The notes under the pieces were generated by a model that saw only the letters and a program-made list of their open reading frames with translations, was not told the DNA's origin and made no database searches. Shown piece after piece: positions 24,801 to 36,112 of a stretch of 64,000 bases of DNA. A program made the translations under genes and the position numbers. How positions within the stretch are numbered: position 1 is the first letter of the stretch; each line of letters begins with the position of its first letter. Origin of the DNA: Selaginella moellendorffii. Taxonomy: Eukaryota; Plantae; Lycopodiophyta. The DNA is taken from the NCBI RefSeq assembly GCF_000143415.4, contig NW_003314269.1, forward strand, positions 2,487,544 through 2,551,543, given 5' to 3'.

Positions 24801-25812
24801 TACATTGGCAGCTCTCCTTCATCTCCTCCTTTGCCATCATTGTAATGATGGTTTCCATCCGTTGTTGTTATGGACATCCTATCTTGCTTCAACTTCCAGC
24901 CTTCTAGCCTCTCTTTCCAGGCCACACTTCCATAACCGTAAGCTGAAGGGTCCTTCGTAGGGTCCATGGATCTTACTTGAACTAAAAAGCCATGACTTCA
25001 GACCAATCACGTAAAACACAAATATATATCCATACCATCGAGATCTGAGACCGGATGAATTCGTTTGCCCCCGGGCCCAACGCTAGGAACGACCAATGCA
25101 TGGTGATCCGGAGGAATTTCGGTTGGATCGACGCCCTGCACGAGTGATTTAAGTAAAAAGAAATCGACAGTAACAAACACTTTTACCACTTGTCCATTTG
25201 TAAGGAGAGGGATTCCAGGCTGAATTGGCATGTCCGCTTCTTCACCATCTCCTCTCCCATACGTCATATGCGCGTGGAGCATAGCCTCGGCAAGATGCTG
25301 CTGGTCCATCTTATCATCCGACTCGTGAACGCTGAATTCATTGTCAAGATCATCTACGTCCTCCTCCTCATCATCGCCCTCGACCCGAGCGCTTCCTGAA
25401 GAGCAAATGGTCAAGGAAAGGAAAGACGCAGAGAGACAAGGAGAGCTTTACACACCTTTGAGTCGCTTATATCTCGTCTTGCACTGCGGGCAAGACTTGT
25501 TTCCATCCTTGCGCTCGTATTCGTAGCAGGGGCGGCAGACAGGGAATCCACATTCGTTACATGCGACGAATGTCTCGCCATCGACCGTCAATCCCACATC
25601 GTCGCCACAGATTTGGCAGGTCTCGCTCTTGCAATGGCTCAGGGGCTTCACCTGGGAACGAAGAAACAATGCGAGTCCATCAAAGATCCACCCAAATCGG
25701 AGATAGCGTAAGCATTTCGGAAAGAGAGAAAGATCATTACTCCGTCTCCGCGAATGACAACGAGCTCGTTGCGCTTGTGAGATCCCGCGACCAGCCCGGC
25801 GTTGGCCTCCAT
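21830..25812 (-). CDS. CesA: Cellulose synthase catalytic subunit, multi-exon
   Basis: Starts [20 protein letters not shown]; N-terminal zinc finger CQICGDDVG...[10 protein letters not shown]; DDG, DCD, TED and QVLRW motifs; C-terminal transmembrane helices; the junctions I checked are GT-AG. Confidence 0.98.
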
Positions 25813-27356
25813 CGCTTCTTGGACCGCCGCCTAGACCGCGAGGGGGAAATCCATTGCCGCGCCGCTTCTGCAAGAAAGAAAGAAGACGCCGCGGGGCACT
25901 GGAATGAGAATTTCGCCCGATAATCAAAGATCCGCCATGGCTGACCTGCCGATCCTCGAGCAATCGCCTGAATTCGCCGAAAAGATTGTTAGATCGATGA
26001 CGCCGCTGGGCGGGAGCTCGGGCGCCAGGGAAGAACAAACCCTTGCCGCATTCCCTCGCCCCTCACGCATTCACTCAAATGGAAGTCCTACCCCTGGGAA
26101 AACTCTCAAAGCCGGGGATATTCTCGCCTAGACACGGTGATGAGAACCGCGCGTCGCGGGGTTTTCTCTGCGCGTCGACGTCTACGTGCTATCAACCGCG
26201 TCGGCAAGGCGGGCCCACGCCAGAGGTGTTAAAGCCGCATGGTTCGGGACTAAATCGTGCGCTTTTGTCCCTTTTAACCGCCGTTATTTACCATCGGATG
26301 GTCCATCCGACGGGCCCGAGCACGGGCTCCGACACTGCCATGGTGAAACTTTAAATGCGAGGCAGATATCTCATTAAAGACCAAAACCATGTACCATATA
26401 GTTTATAGTCTATTGCGAGACAATATACAACGATATGGTTGGTCATATAAATCGATCAAAGTTTGTTACTCAGGAAGCTTTGCTTGTTTTTTATGTTGCG
26501 AGACGAGCAAGGCTCTTCATTCCGGTGCTGTGATATATATCGTTTGGTGGCCGATTGAACGTCTCACCACACGGCTCATAAAATCGCCCTCTTACACATC
26601 CAACCGATTCGTTCTTTCGTTGGTTCCACTTGGAAGCTACGAAATCTCCTGTAAAGTTGTTAGATTCGTGTCTTTGTATGGAAGCAGCTGGGCTGGGTCC
26701 ACTTACACTTGATCACTGTTGCTGCTTAGAGTGTTTTCAAGGATAATCTTTTCTCTCGAGCGGCATCGTGTTTGATTGATCTGGAGCTTTTCCTGTCCAC
26801 GACCGACTTGTTAAATGGCCGAGCCTGAGAGAGATACGCTGGAAGTTTGAAGATAATCACGCAACTCTCTGTCGTGGGCCGCTGCCAATTATTCGCTGTT
26901 GACATCCTGTTTTGCAGTGGCATTTGTAAAAGCTGGGATGAACGAGTACCTTAAGAGCGTTGTTTAGTGCAAGTCAAACGTCGTGACACTCTTCTGGCTG
27001 GCAACACATGTGAAAGTCTTCCTTTGCACGAACTGCTAGTGTGCTTTGGATCCACAAAACACGAACACGTCCTGTGGATGACCCGTTCAATCAACTCTAG
27101 AAGAAGAAGCTGCGGAAATCATCCCTGTAGCAACAAAAGCTTCGTCGTCAGGACGCGAGAAAAAAAAAAAGAAACGCCAAAGAAAGAAAATCCACAAGCA
27201 GTGATACCAAACGCACTCACTTGTAGTGGCTGACATAGGATCCAGCAAAATCAACACCACCTTTTCCTCCATTTTTCGTCGATTCCTGTTCCCGGTCTGC
27301 TGCTGGAAACTTGGTCCAGATCTCCGTGCTCCATATGTATGTACTGTGCCAGATTT

Positions 27357-29678
27357 TCATCCTCCCACTTGCTGGCGTGACTTCATCTCGGAGAAGAGCC
27401 TCGATGCTTCGTTGAGCTTGCTTGCTCGCTCGTAAATCCGGATCATTGTAAGGTAGAGCTCGTCCCCGTCGAGGCCTTCGAGTTTTAACGCCGCAAACAT
27501 GTCCTCGGCCTCCCGAATCTTCCGAGCGTCACCGTACAGTTTGAGCATCTGGAAGTGGACTTCCTTTTCCAGCGTGCACCCCCGCTCGCGCATGTCCAGG
27601 TAGAGCTTCTCAGCGTCCTCGAGTTGACGGAGCTGGCCATAAGCTGCTAGCAGCACCACAGTCGTCTCCGAGTCGGGCAAGAAACCGCTCTCTCGCATGT
27701 TTTCGAAAACGTCGATTGCGTTCTTGCTCCTCTTGTTCCTCATGAAGAGCTGAATCATGGACTTGTATGTAACCGACTCTTTGATCTCTCCAGCCTCGTG
27801 TGATCGCCAGTAAAGCTTCGCTGCCTCCTCCAGTTTTTCTGCCTTGGCTAGGATGCTGATTGCTGTATCCCTTGGAACGATGTCCGGTTGCTTAAGTTCT
27901 TCGAGCAAACGCTTCGCATGAGCCACCAAGCCGGCCCTCTCGTACACCACGATCATTGACTGGTATAAAATCTCGTCCATCTCGAATCCCTTCTCCCTCA
28001 GCGTCTTGAAGAGGAATGCTGCTCTATCGTATTTTCCAGTCTTCCCGTATATGGATATCAAAGTCGAGTAAGTCACCGCATTTGGCTCTATCCCTCGCTG
28101 CTGCATCTTCCGGACGAGCCTCATGGCTTTCTCGTGTTGAAGCGTCAGTCCATGCAGGAAGAGTATCGTGTTGTAGGTGATGACATTCGGCTCCACACCT
28201 CCCTTGTTTTGCATGTAATAGAAAACGTTGAAAGCCTCCGACAGCAACTCGGCCTCTTTGTAAACTTTGATCATGGTGTTGTACGTGACGACGTTTTGTT
28301 GAATCCCCAGTGTCTTGCTCATGCTCCAGAAAAGCTCTTCCGCGTCTCTGACCATCTCCAGCTTCCCGTACACATCGATCATCATGTTGCAAGTCGTGAC
28401 ATCAAGTTGAATCCCCTTCGTCTTCATCTCGAGAAAAACTTGTTTGGCTTCCAGATATTTCTGGGACTCCGCGTAAGCGTTGATGAGAATAGTGTAGCTC
28501 ACAGTATCCGGCATAAGCCCCGCCTCCTTCATCTCCGCTAGAAGACCCTGCGCTTCCTTGTAGAATTTTGCCTTCCCGTAGAGATTTATCATGGAGTTGT
28601 AGATCACCTTGTCAGGAGCGATCCCGGAAGCCTTGAGTTTCGAGAAGAGTGATGTTGCTTTAGAGTAGTCCTTGACTTTACCAGCGAGCTCGATCAATGT
28701 GCTGAAGATAACAAGGTCCGGTTTGATTCCTCCTGCTTCCATCTCTTGCAGCCATCCCATTGCATCTTCCAGCCGGTTCGCTCGTCCATACCCGCTGATA
28801 AGCGTCGAGAAAGTGAACTTATCCGGCACCAAGTCTTTCTCGACCATCTCAAGCACAAGGCCCTCGGCGAGCTCCCACTGTCTCGCTCGAAGAACGTTCT
28901 TGAGAACAACGTTGTAAGCAAAGATGGATGGAGCGTAGCCACCTTTCTCGATCATCCAGTCGTGTAGAGCCAGTGATCGCTGCCAGTCGTCTTGCATGTT
29001 TAGAATCGTCACCATGAGCTTCGGAGAGATCTTTCCTTTCCATGGCAGCATCGCGGCTTCAAGCTCCTCCATAGTAGCCGTGCCTCGAAGAGCTTTCATC
29101 ACATCGTCAATGTTGATGAGACGATCTCCTTGAGGCAACTGGGAAGAACTGGAGCTCTGCGAAGATTTCGACCACTTCCATATGATGGACTGTGCTTGGT
29201 TCCATTTATCACTCGGAGAACTTGAGCGATTGCCTCTGCCAGACCATCGACTAGAAGGAGCACCCGACGGAGCATGGATTGACAAAGAAGAATTCGTTCC
29301 TTGCGCCTTTTCTAGCCTCGAAGAAAGAATAGCTCGAAAAGAATCGCCACTAACTTCTCTAGTGCTTTCCTCCAGCCTCTTAAGTTCCTCAAGCTCTGAG
29401 GTCGACAGCAGAAAACTATCGCCTCTCCCACCGCCGCCACTGTGCCTTAAATCAAATCCATCATCCACCCTATCGAAGCCCTCGGCATCGAAATCGGAGT
29501 CTACATTCTCTAGCTTACCTCCGCCGATTGGCGCGGATGAGCAAGGGCAGAGCACCGGAGGCGCAAGCAGCGCGATGCTGGTGGACAGCCGATCATATTT
29601 CCAGCGCCGCTCGCCGCCGCGATTTCCACGAGACCTAGGAAGCCCAAGGAAAGCAATGGAGTCACAGCAAGACGCCAT
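27357..29678 (-). CDS. P-class pentatricopeptide repeat protein, probably plastid-targeted (resembles Arabidopsis At5g39980)
   Basis: Tandem 35-aa PPR motifs following DWQRSLALHDWM; Ser-rich N-terminus; telo-box AAACCCTAAACCC just upstream of the MASCC start at 29678. The orthology is from recollection, not a search. Confidence 0.92.
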   Translation of the reverse strand: MASCCDSIAFLGLPRSRGNRGGERRWKYDRLSTSIALLAPPVLCPCSSAPIGGGKLENVDSDFDAEGFDRVDDGFDLRHSGGGGRGDSFLLSTSELEELKRLEESTREVSGDSFRAILSSRLEKAQGTNSSLSIHAPSGAPSSRWSGRGNRSSSPSDKWNQAQSIIWKWSKSSQSSSSSQLPQGDRLINIDDVMKALRGTATMEELEAAMLPWKGKISPKLMVTILNMQDDWQRSLALHDWMIEKGGYAPSIFAYNVVLKNVLRARQWELAEGLVLEMVEKDLVPDKFTFSTLISGYGRANRLEDAMGWLQEMEAGGIKPDLVIFSTLIELAGKVKDYSKATSLFSKLKASGIAPDKVIYNSMINLYGKAKFYKEAQGLLAEMKEAGLMPDTVSYTILINAYAESQKYLEAKQVFLEMKTKGIQLDVTTCNMMIDVYGKLEMVRDAEELFWSMSKTLGIQQNVVTYNTMIKVYKEAELLSEAFNVFYYMQNKGGVEPNVITYNTILFLHGLTLQHEKAMRLVRKMQQRGIEPNAVTYSTLISIYGKTGKYDRAAFLFKTLREKGFEMDEILYQSMIVVYERAGLVAHAKRLLEELKQPDIVPRDTAISILAKAEKLEEAAKLYWRSHEAGEIKESVTYKSMIQLFMRNKRSKNAIDVFENMRESGFLPDSETTVVLLAAYGQLRQLEDAEKLYLDMRERGCTLEKEVHFQMLKLYGDARKIREAEDMFAALKLEGLDGDELYLTMIRIYERASKLNEASRLFSEMKSRQQVGG

Positions 29679-29789
29679 TCCCCATCGTAATGGATAAACC
29701 CTAAACCCCACGATAAGTTTATTATATCTAAAGTATTTATAATCGAATGCTTGGAGCAAAAACGTGATCGAGTCTATCGCGTTTCCAAC

Positions 29790-30050
29790 CTGATAAGCGT
29801 CGAGAAAGCTTAACGTTGATGAGACGATCAACTTGGGAAGATTTGGAGCTTTGCAAAGATTTCGACCACTTCCATATGATATCACTTAAAGAACTCTTTG
29901 CCAGACTATCGACTCCCGAGCATGGATTGAAAAAGATTTCTAACCTTGACAAAGAATACCTTGAAAAGCACTTTTTTCCCTTAAGTCCTCATATCTCTGC
30001 CGATGAGCAAGGGGTGAGCACTAGGTGGACATTTCCACCAGCACCGCTCA
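29790..30050 (-). pseudogene. Deletion-condensed fragment copy of the adjacent PPR 5' region
   Basis: Blocks match 28795-28813, 29112-29186, 29208-29286 and about 29535-29555, in the same order. Confidence 0.8.
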
Positions 30051-31807
30051 CGGTGTTTTTTTTTTTTTTTTTTTTTTTCTCCCATCGAAATCTTTCTCTT
30101 ATTAATTTACAAAAGAAAAAGGAATAAGAAGCAAACTAAGTGTTCTGGTGGACAGAACACTTAATTCACAGGACAGGACAGGACAACTGCACTCAGCTGC
30201 CATGATTTCCAAGGAATACTAATTAATTAATATATATTTATGTAATAAATAAAACACTAAGAAATTCAGAGTTAAGTATTTAGACCATTTAGCTAATAAT
30301 TTTAATTAGAGAAAAGAAAATAATGGGGCTATCATTAAAATAGGTTTAAAAGCATAAAGAATTATAAAAAATAAAAAGTGTATTGCTTTAGTGTTTCTCT
30401 TTGTTTTTATCTCATGTTGATTCTGTTGCTGAGAAGCAAAATTGTCTGAGTGCCATGTGGATAGCAAGCTCAATAGCTTTGCAATGACTAAGAATTAGCA
30501 TTTTTTAACCTTAAATTTAACCATCATAGAATTTTGCTCCATATTAAAGGTGAATCTTGGGAAATATCTACTTTGTATGAGATTGTACTCTTCATCACAA
30601 ATCCTGAAAAATTTGGCTACTGTGACTATATTCTCAAAAATGGTTATAAGGATTACTTGGAGTTGTATCAATACTTTCTAATATCACTTGGTTTGCTTTT
30701 GTGTTATATATTCATTTGTGTTAGGGAAAATTTATAAATCCATCTTTCTTGAGGACAAGAAAGGTTTGGTCTGCAGGGTTATATTGAATTTTATGCTTTA
30801 AGATTTATTTTGACATTTATTTATTGAAAAGTAAAAATATGTGTAATGTTTGAAGGAGATTATAGTTAATTTTCTCAAAATAATTTTATTATTTTACAAT
30901 ACTTTATATTCTGGAAGTTTGATTGGAGGAGATAATGGAGAGTCTATATAAAATAGTATAGTCTAGGGGAGATGATGGGTGTGAAATAGCAAAATGGTTA
31001 TAAAGTAATAAAGGAGTGTTGCTTTGGGTTCTCTTTGTTTCTCTCTCCTGTCACCAATCCTCATCAGGATCCATCAAGTTGCAAAATGCCTAAGACCATA
31101 ACCACACCTCTAAATTTGTTAACAAATTTTCTTTCAACATCTTCATCAAGCTGTTTGTGGTTGCTAACCTAGACGTAGATATTGGTTGTGCTAGTTCTTT
31201 GTCATCGAATGCCTCTCTTTATGGCTCACGCTACAAACGTATCTCCCATCGAAGTTGGATTCACCCCTGCCTCTACAAGAGAGTGTGAGAAGCTATCGAA
31301 CTCAATCTGATAAGCTTGTTCTGGCTTGTCAAGAATCTCAAACAGTGAACTGAAGAACGACTCAACTTTCAGCTTAACACCCTTGTCTTTTACCTCTAAA
31401 CCAACAAAGTATTTAACACTTTCTGGTACACATCTGGTTCTGCCGCCACACTTGGATTTTCCTTAACCATTTCACGAAAATGCCTCTCGTTGGGTGACAG
31501 ACAAAGAACATTCTGAAACACACAAATCTCACGTTTGTAGCCCAAACCCTTCATTGTGTCCATGGCTTCCAAAAGCTTGAATGAGAGCCCTCTCAAACGG
31601 ATGAGCAAGTACTCTGGTGAAAGTCTCTTGATCATAGCAAATCTAGAGCGCAAAGCCAGCATCAATAAACCTTCGAACCATGCTGTTATTGCGCCTTTTC
31701 CCAATAAGCTTGTGGAAAACTGACACCTTTGTCAGTAGTAACGTCTTGTTATCAAGCAGCTCATCTGAAAAGAGTTCTTGACATTCTTAACCAAGCGCAT
31801 GACCGTC

Positions 31808-33163
31808 TGAAAACACCCCAGGGAATGTCTAGGTGTTTGTTCTAAGGTAAACCCGCTGCCCACAGTGAGGACACGGAATGCTCAAGGTGGCTTGACGACG
31901 CTCTCTTGCTTCCCTCCGTACTCAAAGCCGCTCGTTCACACGATCTAGACTGCTTCGCCAAGGAACTCTTCGTCGAAGCATCCTTTATTCTTCTTCTTCA
32001 CTTCCTTACATACGATAATCGACTGTTTTTTCCCTTGTGGACTTCCCTTCAAAATACTGATGTGGCTGCAAATAGAATATTCCCTCAGTTCTACATCACC
32101 CCCCACCTATTGAGCTCCGTCCCGGAGCACACAGCTCCACGGCAGCTTCATCTCGCTCATGGTACTTGCGCAGGCAAGCCCCATTAACACGAGTTGGTAA
32201 CAAGTTCCTACTAAGATCTTCAAGCTGGACCGAGCCATTGGTAAAAACTTCAACGATGCGATATGGGCCAAGCCAGCGAATACGGAGTTTCCCATGCTAT
32301 CATATAGCAGAACCTGATCACCAGCAGAAAAATTTTTAGCACGCAAATGACGATCGTACCAGACTTTGCGGTGCTTCTGAAGTGCTTCGCGAGCTTGGAA
32401 GGCGAGAAGTCGACGCTCGTCGAGTTGGAGAAGTGTGTCCAGTCGAGCTTGAAGAGTGTTGTCCCAGTCCAAGTTGTGCTCGACAGCCATACGGAGAGAT
32501 GGAATCTCAAGCTCAAGTGGTAGGATGGCTTCTTGTCCATGAACGAGCTGGAACAGTGAAGCTTTGGTGGTGACCTTGTAAGCAACGCGGTACGCCCAGA
32601 GAGCATCCAACAAGCGTTGATCCCAATCTGTGCGAGAAGCACTGGCAAGCTTCGTGATAATGTCGCACAGTATCTTATTTGTGCGCTCCACCTGTCCGTT
32701 AGCACGAGGGTGATAGGGAGTGGACTTACGATGAGCAATGCCATACTTCTCCACCAAGGTTGCAATCACTTGATTGATAAAGTGAGTACCTCTATCACTC
32801 ACCAGCTCCGAAGGGCAGCCAAATCTCGTGATGATGTTCTTGTAAAGAAAAGTCGCAACCTTGGCAGCTGTGTCTTCCCGGGCAGTGCACCAGTGAAAAC
32901 ACCCAGGGAATGTCTAGGTGTTTGTTCTAAGGTAAACCCGCTGCCCACAGTGAGGACACGGAATGCTCATGGTGGCTTGACGACGCTCTCTTGCTTCCCT
33001 CCGTACTCGAAGCCGCTCGTACACACGATCTAGAGCACTGCTTCGCCAAGGAACTCTTCGTCGAGGCATCTTTTATTCTTCTTCTTCACTCCTTACATAC
33101 GATGATCGACTATTTTTTCCCCTCCCCACGTGGCGGCAAATGGAATATTCTCTCAGTTCTACA
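31808..33163 (-). mobile_element. Small non-autonomous Ty3/gypsy-type LTR retroelement (integrase remnant only)
   Basis: LTRs at 31808-32095 and 32894-33163 (TG...CA on the minus strand); 5-bp TSD CCGTC (31803-31807 and 33164-33168); PBS TGGTGCACTGCCCGGGAA next to the 5' LTR; PPT AATAGGTGGGGGGTGA next to the 3' LTR. Confidence 0.95.
32107..32876 (-). pseudogene. Retrotransposon integrase core/C-terminal fragment
   Basis: IITRFGCPSELVSDRGTHF, STPYHPRANGQVERTN and DWDQRLLDALWAYR motifs; frameshifted near the GPY region. Confidence 0.9.
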
Positions 33164-33485
33164 CCGTCAACACCCGCAAGATCCATCTTTCCAAACCCGA
33201 AGTTATTACTCCAATTTGCTTTTGAGCACTCAAGCTGCATCACCTAGCACAGATCCAGCGTACGCAATCTCAGGCACCACTCTTACAGCTTCCAGAAGCT
33301 CCAGCTCGTCCGCCTTCCTCTTCTCTGCTGTCGCTGTCCCCTAGCCCTGCTAAATGCCCCCATCCATTGATAAACCTTTAGCACATGCTCCCATTGCAAG
33401 GAGTGCTTTCCGCATCTCCTTACATTGTTCTAGTTCATGAACAAGAAACTCAAATCCCGGTCAAAAACTGAGAATATCGAAAACA

Positions 33486-34589
33486 AAATAGTAGACGAAG
33501 ACTTTGTTGCTCGGGGACCAACGCACAATCAAAATTATGGGACAGAATGGCTAGAGTTTGATAATCTCATGCTTTGCACCTGCGGAAAGGGGTGGAATTC
33601 CAGCTTATCCGAATGAGTGGAAGTGTCGAGGAACAGAAAAGAGAATGCAAGTAGTTTAGTCCGACAGTCATACCCAAAGAAGTGCTAGCATGATATTCTC
33701 TCCAAATAAACAGGAAGATAAAAATTATAGAGACACTAAATTCAGACAAATGAGACAGACCACTGAATGCTCAAACGAACCATTCTTGACGAAGTACTAC
33801 CTCTCTCTACTGCCAAGAAGTGAACCCATTGCACTCAACCATCATATTCAACACTACACAGTGCACTCAAGGCTTCTTTTGCCTACACAGAGTCCCAGAC
33901 ACAAGATATCAACTGGGACCCAAGAAACACTCAATCCTGGCCATAAGAAGCAACAATGGTCAAGACTACGTTGCTCAATTCACTTACACATATTCTAGAT
34001 ATATTTCATCTGCCAGACATGAATCTCCACAAATACTGCTTCAGCTCCTACATAAATAACCAGTTCGGATGCCCTGCGTGTGCTTATAAACAGCCTGTAA
34101 TGCAATGTAAATCAAGTACTAAAGATTGCAAGCCCCACCAAAAATGCACGCACCAGCTCACTTTTTTTTTCTAAGAAATAGAAAACTGCGTTACCCAGTC
34201 ATCGCAGGAGACGAAGAAGTGATCGGAGCCACGGGTCAGGTTCCAAAACGGGTTCTTGCTGGCGATGAGATTGACGTAGTCCATGAAAGTGATGAGTGGA
34301 AGCATGCTGTGCGAGCCTGGAGCAACGCTATATGGAATGTGGGCCTCTTCGGACCGTTTTGGTTCATCTCGTGAATGAACCGCCCCTCGGAGGAGTAAAT
34401 CCCCGTCAAAGGTTCCTTGTGGACGAGCCGAGGATCCCCTTCCTCGTATACGTACACTTTGTTACACTGACACCAGAGAGGAAACTCGTAGGACCATTAG
34501 AGAATAAAACAATGGCACGGGCGAGAGCGAGCGGAACAAACTCTACGTACAGGCACGAAAAGAAGAAAGAATGAACATACTTCTGGAAT
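33486..34589 (-). pseudogene. Partial, deletion-riddled copy of the GT47 gene (introns retained)
   Basis: VYVYEEGDPRLVHKEPLTGIYSSEGRFIHEMNQN and NLIASKNPFWNLTRGSDHFF match 37286-37636; intron sequence matches 36835-37280. Confidence 0.88.
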
Positions 34590-34602
34590 GCGCGGTCGAT
34601 CG

Positions 34603-34770
34603 CTGTGCCTTAAATCGAATCCATCCTCCACCATATCGAAGCCCTCGGCCGAAATCGGAGTCTAAATTCTCTAGCCTTGCCGATGGATGGGCGCAAGCAG
34701 CGTGATGCTGGTGGACAGCCCACCATATTTCCACCATTTCCTAGGAAGCCCAACGAACATTCATAAACCC
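34603..34770 (-). pseudogene. Second fragment copy of the PPR 5' end
   Basis: Matches 29440-29710 (CTGTGCCTTAAATC, ATCGAAGCCCTCGGC, GCGCAAGCAGCG.GATGCTGGTGGACAGCC, CCTAGGAAGCCCAA, TAAACCCC). Confidence 0.85.
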
Positions 34771-34826
34771 CAGGATCAACTAGAAAATAAACATCTTAAA
34801 AAATATATTAACATTATTGAACGAAT

Positions 34827-35975
34827 TTACGGGAGATAATAGTCCAGCAAATAACTAGCTTCGGTAGTCATACCATATCCATCGAGTTTTCCAGCCATTT
34901 CGCGACATGTATCTTCATCAGGATTCATCAAGTTGCGAAATGCCACATAGCAGAGCCACACCGAATCTGCACCAAAGCTTGTTCGTAGCATCTCCTTCAG
35001 GAGTAGAGGGAATGGCTGGCAACTGTTTGTGGTTGCCAACTTAAAAAGTACTCTAGCATTCTCCTGCTTAGTCGCAGTAGTGTCCCACTTAGAATAAGAG
35101 CGTGCTCGAAAACACTCTGCTAGTTCTTTATCATCCAATTTGAGAAGGTCTCTCTTTATGGCATCTGCTAAAAACGTATCATCCAGATCCTTTTTCACCA
35201 TTCCAAGCATGGACATAAGGCTTGAAGTTGGATTCACTTGCACCCCTGCCTCTACAGCCCCTTTCAAAATAGATACAACGATAGGGCAACTTAAGGGGTT
35301 ACTATTCAACCCAACCCGATAAGCTTGTGCTGGATTGTCAGCAATCTCAAGCAGTAGACGGAGACCCCTGTCCACATCACTTTCAGGTATTCCTTGGAAG
35401 AACGATTCAATTCTCAGCTTGACACCCTTGGCTTTTGCCTCTAAACCAACAAAGTGCTTAAACTCCATGTTCCCCATGATGTCAAACATTATATGGTACA
35501 CATCCGGTATTGCAGCCACATTTGGATGTTCCTTAACCATTTCACGAAAGAGCCTCTCGTCAGGCGACAAAAGAAGAAGAACATTTTCAAACACACAAAT
35601 CTCGCGTTTGTAGCCCAAACCCTTCATTGTGTCCATGGCTTCCAAAAGCTTGCCCTTAGGAGGGGGAGGCCTCTCAAAAGGATATGCAAGTACTCTGGTG
35701 AAAGTCTCCTGATCACACGCCTGGTCAAGTGAGTTCAGAGCATCGTTTGCAAACTTGGCATCAAGAAACCTTCGGACCACAGTGTTACTGCGCCTTTTCC
35801 CAATGAGCATGTGGAAAACTGATACCTTTATCAGTGGTGCCTTGTCAATAATCAAATCAATCAGCTCATCTGAAAAGAGTTCTGGGCATTCCTGGTGAAG
35901 GTGGCCAAGCCCAACGCAGAGATGATCCAACCCCACGTTTTCGACCACCACCCACAAGACTTGCTCACCACGCAT
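34827..35975 (-). CDS. Uncharacterised 382-aa single-exon protein, helical-looking
   Basis: Long open frame in moderate-GC DNA; telo-box AAACCCTAA immediately upstream; decayed paralogue nearby. No family recognised. Confidence 0.7.
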   Translation of the reverse strand: MRGEQVLWVVVENVGLDHLCVGLGHLHQECPELFSDELIDLIIDKAPLIKVSVFHMLIGKRRSNTVVRRFLDAKFANDALNSLDQACDQETFTRVLAYPFERPPPPKGKLLEAMDTMKGLGYKREICVFENVLLLLSPDERLFREMVKEHPNVAAIPDVYHIMFDIMGNMEFKHFVGLEAKAKGVKLRIESFFQGIPESDVDRGLRLLLEIADNPAQAYRVGLNSNPLSCPIVVSILKGAVEAGVQVNPTSSLMSMLGMVKKDLDDTFLADAIKRDLLKLDDKELAECFRARSYSKWDTTATKQENARVLFKLATTNSCQPFPLLLKEMLRTSFGADSVWLCYVAFRNLMNPDEDTCREMAGKLDGYGMTTEASYLLDYYLP

Positions 35976-36112
35976 CTTGCCAAACCCTAAGCTTACAAAT
36001 ATAGATTATATTTGTTTATATCTTAACTTGCTCATACCATGAAATGAATTTTATTCGTGAAAAAAGTATGCACACAAGGTAGATTCTCTTCCAAAACCAT
36101 TGTTCTATCACC

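Larger units (their letters stand above)
31058..33186 (-). pseudogene. Decayed copy of the orphan 382-aa gene, interrupted by an LTR element
   Basis: Shares KLLEAMDTMKGLGYKREICVF and other blocks with 34827-35975. Its 5' end (ATG at about 33186, telo-box-like CAAACCCGAA) lies beyond the LTR element. It has stops and deletions. Confidence 0.85.

Noticed and set aside
29679-29885. 69-aa N-terminal extension of the PPR ORF
   Set aside because: It runs through the telo-box and a decayed duplicate fragment; ATG 29678 is the more plausible start.
33230-33440. Minus-strand peptide QWEHVLKVYQWM resembling a PPR-like N-terminal helix
   Set aside because: Too short and interrupted by stops to assign.
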